From Eledone cirrhosa (Eukaryota): a stretch of DNA of 64,000 nt. The translations under genes were made by a program, and so were the position numbers. Below, one piece after another: positions 1 through 11,337 of the stretch; the stretch's first letter is position 1; each line of letters starts with the position of its first letter. Location: assembly GCA_964016885.1 (NCBI GenBank), contig OZ024742.1, positions 250,170,001-250,234,000 on the forward strand, written 5' to 3'. Under the pieces are notes generated by a model. The model saw only the letters and a list, made by a program, of their open reading frames with translations. It ran no database searches and was not told where the DNA came from.

Positions 1-838
1 GAAGTCGCTTCATTACAATCATGAGCCCAACATCCTAGTAACTAAGCCTTCACTATTATACCAACATTATAAAAATACCATCTCTCAATTTCAATACAAA
101 GCAATACATAGAGAGAAATAACGGTGTTGTGGTATTTATATCAACTACAGAGGAGCAGAAACCGTTGTGATCTCACCATGGTCAATGTGCCACATGCGCT
201 ATGGCACAAAATCACATTATCAAAGTGCCCCAAAATAAAATAGTCCGTACAGTATAAACGATATGCCCAAACAGTCATACTATACCCTATACAGTTCGTC
301 ACTGCATATCGTATTGTGGCATGTGGACTTCAACTGTCAGGGAATCCAGTATTACTGGGTGTAATGACCCGTGTCACAAACTTTGTCGTTCGGCTGATAA
401 CGTGTGTTACACAGGACCTCTGGATCAAAGCTCACTCAGGTGCTTTCCATCAACATATAAATATATAAACATGTGCAGTACCGCAGCTGTCATACGACCT
501 GTTACAGAAATACTCATTACACAATCAGTGGATGATACACTGAAGTTTGCATAATTTAATTTTATTATACTACTATACAAATCCAGTTGATTCTCCTTTG
601 GAGAATGCTCTCTGTACTTGGCGATAGATAGACAGATAGGAATACATAGAGACAGAAAGAGTAATACATAGATAGATACAAATCAATGTCAGTGTGTTGT
701 AGAAGCGAATGTTTTATTTCGCTGTCATTTCTGACAAAACCAGTTACGACAACGTTAATAGATACACGGATAGAAATACACGGAGACAGAAAGTGTAATA
801 CAACTCAATCTGTGCGTGTGTGTGCGTATACGTGTGTG

Positions 839-869
<31 letters not shown>

Positions 870-989
870 AAGCTAAGTTTCTATGCCGCTGTTATTTATA
901 GCAAGAGGGATTACCACAACAATGCTCTTTGCGTCATGTACGACAGACAGGCACACAGACAAATAGATAAGTTGACAACCGTAGGCCCT

Positions 990-3000
990 CTAACAGACAC
1001 CCAGCGTTGCCCGGGAATGAAAGTGTTCCTTATATATTAGAAGAAAGGAAAACATGTTTAGAAATTTGTTATTCTAAATTCTATTTATTCTTCAATTGAG
1101 GTACATGATGAAATCAATTCTGAATTCATATTACAGAAATTAATAAAAAATGAAAATACAAAATTTATCTCGGTTATGGGGGGGGGGGGGGGGGATATAT
1201 TGGATTACATATGTTGAAGTGTTACTTAAGAGCTTATGGGTAAACGACATTCATTGTTTCTGGTTTGGAGCATAGACAAATAAGTGTTGTAAATTACCCA
1301 CCCATGAGCAAAGTTGACCATGAGAAAAGCAAGGCTCACTTAAGTCCAAGCCAGTAGATTTCAAAGTCTGACCTTCAGCTTTATTGGTAGACATAGCGAA
1401 GCAAAGTCGCACTGGGCATTGTGTTGGTTTGAACTCAAATGGCATGTCTCTTGGTTAGATTGAAATTCTTGTTATGAAAACATCTTCCACAGAGACACAT
1501 CCAGTGATGATGATATCTTCAATCACATTAGGTGATAATGTCTTCAAAATCAACATTGTCCCATTGTACAATTTAGGAGAATCTAAATTTCTTACAATCA
1601 TTATTGGGACTCTAACTTTCAGGGAGAGTTTATGTGGAGGACTTCCAGGTGCCTCAAGAGAATTAAGGAATTCTGTTGCGCAGTGAACAGCTTAATTTTC
1701 ATCAAGGACCGAATGAACTGATTTGTACTCTTGAATTATTGTTGGAATCTTATTCATTAGCTGATGGGTAATCCATGCTACTGTCTCATTTATTTTAGCA
1801 ATATTTGCCCTTTCATACAACCATTTGTGTGAATTTTAATGATTACTTAAGCATGGAAATACTCTGTTCTTCAATTTAGTTGATATCACCATTCTCATCG
1901 ATAGTTACTGTCCCATTTCCTAATTGAAGGAGTCGGGTTGAAAACTATTCTGTGCATATGTCCCTGTGTAATAAAACATGCATGTTAGTATTGAAGGAGA
2001 AATTCTGTACATTGACTGGCTATGTCTGTCTGAAGTCTCCTTATAAAACTAATGTAACTCCTCTTATAGATGTATTGTAACCTCTTATGCCCTGTAAAGT
2101 TCTTATCAAAAGGTTCAATTGTTCCTATATGTGACATGGTGCATTTATCCGAAATGACCAGGTAGTATTGATGAAGCATTTCTGCTGAACTTCAACCTTT
2201 GCTTATGTTACAAAGTGCACTGTCATTTGTGACCAGGTTTAGCGGTAATTTAAACGCATAATTAGTTCTTCATCCTACTGGGAGAAGGGTGGCAGCAATG
2301 TCAGTGCAATTGTTTTTTGTTGTCTTACCTTGAAAATGTAAGCAATGTTGTTACAAACGTTTTATCTGAGCCTCATGGAGCATCAAGAAAGAAAATTCCT
2401 CTGACTGATAAAATGATTTCATCATATGCACAGAGCATATGACTCTGTGATGTCATGATTTATCTCTCTTGCAATCTTTCTTGAAGTTAAACCAATAATT
2501 TGATGGTTTGCTGTGGGTAGTCCGGAACCAGACCTTTTCAAATTCTTGCCTCACATGGTCAAAATTGATTCTCAATTTCAATTATTGCTTGATTGAAAAT
2601 TTCTTCGCAGAACTGAAAAGAGATCCCTGGGTTTTCCTATTGAACTGCAGACGTTAAATCCTCTGCCATGTCCTCTCGATGTTTCATCCAAATCTTTCGG
2701 GGACTGCCAATTTGGCACTTGTTCAACATAATTTCAAAACGTTTACGGAGTTTCCATGGAGAATCTGACACTGATGCTTCAGTGAATGCAAGGTGCCAAT
2801 GATCATCATGTTCTAAGAAACCGCGTTGATACGTTGCTTCCCTATAAGTTTCACACACAACCATTTACTCTCCTCAAATCTTGGAATGATTTGGGACTAC
2901 GTACTTCAGTTGAATGATCGCTGGGTGCCTCTTATAAATGGGAAAATTGAAGATGTGCTCTAAAGCCTGATTGCTACTGATGTAACTTCCTCTCTCATGA
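990..3000 (-). mobile_element. Degenerate Helitron (Rep-helicase linker + PIF1-like helicase remnants) with 3' hairpin terminus
   Basis: Minus-strand fragments: VRLCFAMSTNKAEGQTL...CFSHGQL (1251-1445), GIFFLDAP*GSDKTF Walker A remnant (~2360-2400), TYREA...GFLEHDDHWHLAFTEAS (2637-2864). 3' end CCCGGGCAACGCTGGG-TGTCTG-TTAG at 1015-990. Many stops and frameshifts. Confidence 0.9.
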
Positions 3001-3304
3001 TGAGCAACATGCATACAGAAATAAACATACAGCCCCTCCCTACTGCTATCACCTCCCTCTTTGTGCGGGTTCTCTTTCAATTTCTTCTTATCCGCTACAA
3101 ACTTGTTCTCTCTCTCTGTCTCTTTCTCGTTCTGTGTTTCTCTCTCTTTCTCTCCTTCTCACATACCTCACTTTGTATAATACTTTCTCTCGCGTTCTCC
3201 CCCTCTCTGCCGCTCGTTGCCATTGTGAAACAGATATAGAGATACACAGATATCTTCAAATATCATATAGATTAACTTATAAATGCCTGAGTATTACACA
3301 AATA

Positions 3305-3798
3305 ATAGACCACCCGTGACCTGTTGGGTCACGTTCACTTCAAAATATTTTTTTAAAATCATGTCCACTTAAAAATAATTTTTAAATAATTGAAATATAC
3401 ACAGACATGTATATAATGTGAAATGAAACTGGAAGGCCCGTATATATACAAGTGTGTATCTATATATATAGATGAGTGTGTGTGTATGTCGGTGTCTGTT
3501 ATCTATATACACTGGTCATAGACAGACACACACATATACACGCACATATATATACACAACAACACCACCAGCTCTCTCACTCTCTCTCCCTCTCTCTCTT
3601 TCTCTCTGTTTATGAAGGTACCCGGAAAAAACCCATATCTAGAGATCCCGTACTCCGAGTTACGCGAAACTTGTTTTATTCCATTTATATTCCCATTTCA
3701 GGGGCAACTTCTTTTTAAAGTATTTTCCCATTATGCGCCCTTTTGGCTGTATTACATTACAGACAAGCAAGCAAGCAATCACAGAGTTTTAGTAGTAT
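3305..3798 (-). mobile_element. Non-autonomous Helitron, copy 1 of a tandem pair
   Basis: Hairpin CGTGACC...GGTCACG (3315-3333) followed on the minus strand by GGTGGTCTAT; 3625-3790 is similar to 4500-4670. Confidence 0.65.
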
Positions 3799-3799
3799 A

Positions 3800-4682
3800 C
3801 TAGACCACCCGTGACACGTTGAGTTACGTTCACTTAAAAATAATTTTTAAATAATTAGAATATACACAGACATATATATATATAACGTAAAATTAAATTG
3901 AAAGGTCATTCAAATAGGAAGAATATTTTTTTTAATATGCCAAAACATATTTTTTTAATCGTATTCACTTGAAAATAATTTTTTTTTAAATAAAAAAATG
4001 TTGTCTGTGTAAAGAAAGCTAAAATATAAATACTTACTGTACGAACAACTTGTATTTTCGAAATCACATTCACTTAAAAATATTTCTAAATAATCAAAAT
4101 ATACTGTTTAACAAAAGCAAAAATATAAACATTTACTGTAAAAACAACTCGTATTCACTTTTAAATGTTCTTTTTAATAATTGAAATATCGTCTGTTGAA
4201 TCGTCTGTTTAAAGAAAGCTGAAATATAGATACTCAAAGTACAAAGAACTTGTATTTTTGAAATCATATTCACTGACAAATCACTTAAAAATATTTTTTG
4301 AATAATGAAAATATTGTCTATGTACGATTTACGCCAAACTTGTTTATTCTGTTTGTATTACCATTTCAGGGTTATTTTACTTTCGGAGTATTTACCCATT
4401 ATGCACGGTTTTGGCTATTTATGAAGATTTTCAGGGTTATGTTACTTTCGGAGTATTTTTTCCATTATGCACCGTTTTGGCTATTTATGAAGATACTCTG
4501 AAAAACTCCATATATCGGGAACCCGTGCTTCGATTTACGCTAAACTTGTTATATTCCATTTGTATTCCCATTTCAGGGGCAACTTCCTTTCAAAATATTT
4601 CCCCATCATGCGCCCTTTTGGCTGTATTACATTACAGAAAAGCAAACAAGCAATCACAGACTTTTACTATTATATATATATC
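3800..4682 (-). mobile_element. Non-autonomous Helitron, copy 2 of a tandem pair
   Basis: Minus-strand 3' end CGTAACTCAACGTGTCACGGGTGGTCTAG (CTAG at 3800-3803); 5' end ATATATATAATAGTAAAAGTCTGTG near 4680; internal AT-rich subrepeats. Confidence 0.7.
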
Positions 4683-4689
4683 TTTCTTT

Positions 4690-4724
<35 letters not shown>

Positions 4725-5013
4725 TGAACACGACGAGTAAAAACTTGCACTGAAAACTCTTTTTTAAATTGCCCTTGTGGGATAAAAATTCAATGAGCCT
4801 GCGCTAACTGCTTGGAAGTGAACTGGCGGACGGACACGAAATCGAAATTATTAGTAAGATTACAACCTTCGTCGATTGCATGTTTCAAATCATTTGATGA
4901 AACTATATTTGCAGATTTACAGTACTAATGAAATATGTATGGCATCCTTGTATGTATGTATATATAATATATATAATACACACATATTTATGTATATAAA
5001 TATTAAAAAATAA

Positions 5014-5237
<224 letters not shown>

Positions 5238-5245
5238 ATGTATAT

Positions 5246-5924
5246 CTGATCAAGGACAAACTTTTTTCATATGTAACCCATTTGCAACTCCGCAGCGCCC
5301 TTATTATCATATTTACACATATTTTTTCCTCTGCTGCTACACCGTCTTTTTCGTTCTATGTATCTTTACCCTTTCTAGCAGTCTCTCTCTCTGTTAGCCT
5401 CTTCCTCACCTCGCCCTTCACTCACTCATTCTCTGTCACTACCTCTCCTCCTCCTCTTTCTTCCCGTTTGACCTGTGAGTAACTCTTTTCTCTCACATTC
5501 TCGGCCAAGCTGGTCGGAATTTTTTTTCTCTCTCGTCTACGATTTCACAGAACTTATGTTTACCGAATTCGCAGACCAGACCCCTTCTTCCTCCCGTTAG
5601 ACCTGTGCGAAATTCCTTCCTTGCTCACATTTCAACCAGGTTTGATGGTCTTTATTCTCTCGTTCACGATTTCACCGAACTTAAATTCATAGAAATCTGG
5701 GACTTGTCTCCTTTCCTCACTTTCTGTTGCCTCACCATTTTGTTTGTTTACCCTCGCGTCCCCTTTATTTACGTGTCCCAACGACTTTTTTTAGCCGTTG
5801 CTCGCACCAACCGGAGGTATATGGTCTTTAAAGCGATGAAATGCCTATGATAGTTGGAAGATCACTGATGAAGGACAAACTTTTTTCATATGTAACCCAT
5901 TTGCAACTCCGCAGCGCCCTTATT

Positions 5925-5930
<6 letters not shown>
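5246..5930 (+). mobile_element. Non-coding element with ~66-bp terminal direct repeats (partial-tandem pLTR-like)
   Basis: CTGAT(C/G)AAGGACAAACTTTTTTCATATGTAACCC...CCCTTATTATCATA at 5246-5312 and 5865-5930; flanked by TA/TG microsatellites. Confidence 0.6.
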
Positions 5931-5985
<55 letters not shown>

Positions 5986-6062
5986 CGAAGGAGTTGTGGT
6001 AAGGAACCAGATGGACCATAACGCACCAGAGTACTCAATACTTAGGGTAGTAGAGTGGGTAA

Positions 6063-6305
<243 letters not shown>

Positions 6306-6619
6306 TGCGTGTGTGTGTTTGTGTACAATCATACATGCGTTCATATATACATAGATACGTAAGTACGTACTTACATACATAATACAAACGTACATGCATA
6401 CATACACACATACATACATACATACGTAGACACTTACATACATATATACATAGGCATCTGTCCCTCTCTCTCCCTCACTGTTGTATGAAATGGTTGATGC
6501 AGAATCAAATTTTATTACGTACGTTTATGACCAAAGCCAAGTCATAAGTGTGTAATTAGAAGACAGCTGCTGGGTCAAAAAAGAAGGTAACATTGTTTAA
6601 GATATATTTGCCTTTCATC

Positions 6620-7480
6620 AACACCATTACTACCACCACCACCAACAACAACAACAGCAACAACAATAACAACAACAACGGTGCTGCCGCCATAACTATC
6701 ACTACCAGCACCAACACCACCACCAGCATCAACGTCACCGCCGCCACCATAACTATCACTACCAGCACTAGCACCACCACTACCACCATCACCGCCGCCA
6801 CCATTACTATCACTACCAGCAGTAGCACCACCACCACCACCACCATCAACGCCGCCGCCGTCACCATAACTATCACTACCAGCATTAGCACCACCACTAC
6901 CACCATCACCGCCGCCACCATAACTATCACTACCAGCACTACCACCAACACTACCACCATCACCGCCGCCACCATAACTATCACTACCAGCACCACCACC
7001 AACAACACCACCATCAACGTCACCACCACCATCAACGCCACCGCCGCCATAACTATCACTACCAGCACCACCACCAGCGCCGCCGCCGCCACCATAACTA
7101 TCATTACCAGCACCACCACCACCAACACCACCATCAACGCCACCACCACCACCACCACCATCAACGCCACCACTTCCATAACTATCACTACCAGCACTAC
7201 CACCACCACCACCACCACCAACGCCGCCGCCACCATAACTATCATTACCAGCACCAGCACCACCAACACCACCATCAACGCCATCACCACCACCACCACC
7301 ACCACCATCAAGGCCACCGCCGCCATAACTATCACTACCAGCACCACCACCAGCAGCACCATCAACGCTACCGCCGTCATAACTATCACTACCACCACTA
7401 CCACCAACAGCATCACTATCACTCCCACAAATAATGTCATCACCACCTCCATCACTAATACCATCACGGTCACATCCATC
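6620..7480. repeat. (CAC)n-derived minisatellite, ~45-65 bp units
   Basis: Recurrent CACCATCACCGCCGCCACCATAACTATCACTACCAGCAC units with variable CAC runs; accounts for ORFs 6556-7482 and 6593-7627. Confidence 0.9.
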
Positions 7481-7532
7481 AAATTAGAAACAGGAGACAG
7501 TCATAAAACAGGAGATATTAGGAAATGTGAAA

Positions 7533-8346
7533 TAATTGTTTCTACTTTTGGCACAAGGCCAGCAAATACTCAGTGCATTACTGGTACTCTATTTTATCGA
7601 CCCCGTAAAGATGAAAGGCAAAGTTAACCTTGGCGGGATTTCAACTCAGAATGGCAAGGACTGTAACTCTATGCGTCAAAGCATGGCGTCCGACCCCAGG
7701 AAATGTGAAATAATACGAGTTATGTATAGATGTATATTGTTATATATCTATTATTTTGTATATTTATTTATATTATACAAAGACAAACACACACACACCT
7801 ATATATATATATTTAGGGAGGGTCATATTGTTCTAATATTGCCAGAAATAATAATTAAAATAATTGTTTCTACTTTTGGCACAAGGCAAACAATTACCCA
7901 GTACATTACTGGTACTTTATTTTATCGACCCCGTAAGGATGAAAGTCAAAGTTAACCTTGGCGGGATTTGAACTCAGATCGTAAAGGGACGTAACTATGC
8001 TGGAAAGCATGGCGTCCGACTCTCTACAGATACTGCCAATCCACCGCCCTTAATAATAATTGTTTCTACTTTAGGAACAAGGCCAGCAATTACCCAGTGC
8101 ATTACTCGTACTTTATTTTATCGACCCGGTAAGGGTGAAAGGCAAAGTTAACCTCGGCGGGATTTGAACTCAGAATGGCAATGGCCGTAACTCTATGCGT
8201 CAAAGCATAGCGTCCGACCCTCTACCGAATAATAAAAATAATTGTTTCTACTTTTTGGCACAAGGCCAGCAATTAGCCAGAGCATTACTGTTATTTTATT
8301 TTATCGACCCCGTAAGGATGAAAGGCAAAGTCAACCTCAGCGGGAT
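7533..8346 (-). mobile_element. Cluster of four tRNA-derived SINE copies
   Basis: Copies at ~7533-7697, 7860-8050, 8055-8228 and 8240-8346. Minus strand shows GGCGGTGGATTGGCAG (A-box region), GAGTTCAAATCCCGCC (B box), GCCTTTCATCCTTACGGGGTCGATAAAATAAAGTACCAG core and an (ATT)n tail. Confidence 0.9.
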
Positions 8347-8450
8347 AATAAAAATAAAGATAATTAATGATAATAATAATATATATTACACAGACGAGAA
8401 AACTATATATTCTCGACTAATCTCAAGTCCAGCAGTTGCAAGCGGTGGGA

Positions 8451-8503
8451 GGGACCGAACTGATGAAGGACAGTCAAGCCTGAAATGCATAGACGGTTGT
8501 CCC
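8451..8503 (+). ncRNA. Minimal type I hammerhead motif in a ~240-bp dispersed repeat (8410-8655)
   Basis: CTGATGA (8460-8466), stem II AGG/CCT, GAAA (8482-8485), palindromic ATGCAT then A. A second copy of the repeat lies at 33780-34018. Confidence 0.65.
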
Positions 8504-8654
8504 CCTTGCTTCTGCTGGACACCACCAAAGGGCGTTAGCGCCGGTATTTGCATAGCTGCGGCTTCCTAAATGTTTCTTGTAAACATACCGTGTTTCTTTA
8601 GAAATACGAAATTTCTATACATATTTGTATAAAGCTATGCTTGAAGCGAAATCC

Positions 8655-8689
<35 letters not shown>

Positions 8690-8772
8690 ATGTGTGTACC
8701 ATTTTATATTATTTATATTATCTATATTTGATAATATTATTATTTGTATCATCTTTAATTATAATATTATAT

Positions 8773-8977
8773 AGGGCGGTTGATGGCAGAATTGTTTGAA
8801 CGTCAGACAATTGCATTCCGGTATTTAGTTACGACTTTTTTACGTTCTGAGTCCTGCTGAGGTCACCTTTGCCTTTCAACTTTAAGGGTCCCATAAAACT
8901 AAGTACCAGTTGTGTAATGGAATTCAATTAATCGACAAACCTCTCCTTCTTAGCTGCTGAGCTTGTACCTAAACTAA
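8773..8977 (+). mobile_element. Older, diverged tRNA-derived SINE
   Basis: AGGGCGGTTGATGGCAGAATTG...TTACGTTCTGAG...CTTTGCCTTTCA...AAGTACCAG; same layout as the young copies. Confidence 0.75.
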
Positions 8978-9130
8978 TACACATTTCATATATTAACGCA
9001 TTATAATTTTTATCATATTTACGTGATTTTTTATTCATCTTTTCCATATTATTATTTATATATATTTTTCTATTAAAAACTATATCATCTTTTCCAAAAG
9101 TTCATGTTCTCTCCCTATCCGAATTCTCCA

Positions 9131-9166
9131 TTGCCTGACGAAGGACTTCCATCCGAAACGTAGAAC
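9131..9166 (+). ncRNA. Minimal hammerhead-like motif at a pLTR-like 3' end
   Basis: CTGACGA-AGGACTTCCATCC-GAAA-CG-TA; stem I is weak. Related degenerate copies at ~14970-15003 (+), ~17020-17056 (-) and 50478-50500 (3' half only). Confidence 0.5.
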
Positions 9167-9279
9167 CCTCCACCAGTTCCTCTAACCTTGAACTAATGAA
9201 GCTTTGTAATTTTTCACTTTGTTTTTTTTTTATTTCAACAAAACACACACACACACTCACACACATATATGTACATATA

Positions 9280-10243
9280 CAGGTACTCCTCGTTTAACGA
9301 ACGGGTTACGTTCCAATGACCCGTTCGTTAAGCAAAATGGTCGTTAAAAGAGTGACTTTCTGCCGACAATGGGCATATAGGCCTGTACAGTACAGCATAT
9401 ATTCTTGATATTGTTTGTTTATTTCGATTAATAGTTTTTAACTTAAAATCATATACACAGAACTATAGCTTTTCTTTATAAAGTATATTACTGTACAGTA
9501 GTCTTATTTTTTGTTTTAGCTGTGGATTTCAAGGTTTTCAAACTTAAGCTAGGCTATATTAGTGGCACTGAATAACCTTTCGCACGGCCAACATTCGTCA
9601 TATACGTTCAGAATAATTTTGGATATATTGTTTCTTTATTTTGACTAATACCTTTTATCTTTAAATCGTATGTTATACATAGCACTATAGCTTTTATTTA
9701 TAAAGTATATTAAAGCCTTACTTTTTGTTTTAGCTGTGGATTTCAAGGTTTTCAAACTTAGGTTAGGCTACCTTATTGGCACCGAATAACTTCTGTCTTT
9801 AACACTCAGCAATATATTTTTCATGTTATCTTTTTATTTTCTCTCTTGTATGATAAGCTATTTGCACAATACACATCATATTACAGTACTACAGATATTT
9901 AGTATGTATGTATGTGGGGTTGGAGTCGGAGTTTTCACCAGAAAGCTCAGCATAGATAACTGTTTTGTTTGCTTTTTTTTCTCATCATAAATTTCACGAT
10001 AGCAACGTAGTCCATCTTCCAAATGTCTTTGAAATGTTGCCAATCGTTTAATGTTAGGATCCATTGCCTCCAATCCTGACAACGCCTTACTCATATGCGT
10101 GAATACTTCCGCCAAGTCCTTAACAGTAAACTTTTTCCGTTCCTCATCTGGTTGTTCTGCTGCTTCTTCCAACTCTTCTCTATGTCGCTGCTCTTCCAAC
10201 TCTATTAAATCTTCGTCAGTCAACTCTCCTTCAACAAATTTCA
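9280..10243 (-). mobile_element. Tigger/pogo DNA transposon, 3' end with transposase C-terminus
   Basis: TA + TIR CAGGTACTCCTCGTTTAACGA (9280-9300). ORF 9876-10244 (ELTDEDLIELEE...FTVKDLAEVF...MDPNIKR...CYREIYDEKKKQTKQ) resembles the Tigger1/TIGD1 C-terminus; 5' part is missing. Confidence 0.88.
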
Positions 10244-11072
10244 CAGTGACAGGTCAACAAGTACGATATATGAACATTCTTTTATTTTTGGGGAGGGGGG
10301 GGGGGGGTTCTGAATTAATTTTTCGTATTAAATTTTTCATATATATCGTACGACCATTTATGTAGTTAGTATTAGAATTTATGTATCGTAGCGGTACTCT
10401 TATGTATAGTATTAGTATTCATTTTCGGATTTTCGGGATTCTGAATTATTATTTCGTAGTAGTTTCTTTAGTATTTTGGCCCCCTACTTGTTGACCTGTC
10501 ACTGTAAGATAGATTTGGACGATTACTACTAACTCATAAAATTCTTTCACTACAATCTCGTATTTAGTATTCCGTCCCACCTATTAAACTTTTCTATAGT
10601 TTAGCAGTACCAGTGAGAGACTTGATGATTGTGGTAGGGGAATAGTAACCAGAAATTGTTTTTTTTTATATTTTTAACATTCTTATTATTCTTCTATATA
10701 TTTACTCCATATTGATTTACTTATTGTTTCGACTTCCTCACCCTCCACTCCCTAGTATACTTCTCTTGACCTCTTAACCTTAGGATCCTGCTGTAGTTGG
10801 CACTATCAACGCACGACGGGGTTTCCTCCACTCCCTCTCCCTCTTTCTTCTACTGGCAAGTTCAGCTACCCCTTCCTTCCACAAAATGCCATGATAGAAT
10901 TGTGTGTCTCAACAACAAACTTTTGGCCAATCCTTGTGACAATCACTTTTACCATATATGGAATTACCCCCCTGAGAAGCCCGGCTATTCATGTACGAGG
11001 GTAAAAATTTTCATTTAGTCCAGAATTAGCCGTCGAAACGGCTTGAGCTCAGCCGTCGGGGTCCTACTCGTT

Positions 11073-11076
<4 letters not shown>
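10243..11076 (+). mobile_element. pLTR-like non-coding element with a short 5' inversion and a 3' hammerhead
   Basis: 21-bp inverted repeat ACAGTGACAGGTCAACAAGTA (10243-10263 / 10485-10505); hammerhead at 10966-11062; ends at (TA)n; truncates the Tigger copy. Confidence 0.55.
10966..11062 (+). ncRNA. Type I hammerhead with a damaged core
   Basis: Stem I ACCCC/GGGGT; CTGAGAAG instead of CTGANGA; stem II CGGCTA/TAGCCG; GAAA; stem III CGGCT/AGCCG; GTC cleavage triplet. Confidence 0.6.
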
Positions 11077-11143
<67 letters not shown>

Positions 11144-11295
11144 ATGCTTTGGGAGGGTCATGTTGCCAATAAGAAACACACGCACCAGCTGCTTTCACTC
11201 CAATTTACTATAAATTAAATTTATAAATTTAAGAATTTATAAATTTCCCGTTGGTTGGTTGGTTGGTTCCATAACCAGACGGTTGTTCATATATT

Positions 11296-11337
11296 GTCAA
11301 AGTTCTTTCGTCACACATTCTGTGAGCTTTTCAGTGA
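11296..11337 (-). ncRNA. Hammerhead in family A pLTR, core mutated (CTGAAAA)
   Basis: Minus strand: TCA-CTGAAAA-GCTCACAGAATGTGTGAC-GAAA-GAACTT-TGA. Confidence 0.6.

Noticed and set aside
9876-10244. Domesticated TIGD1-like host gene
   Set aside because: Only the C-terminus is present, adjacent to a TIR and truncated by another element; a transposon relic.
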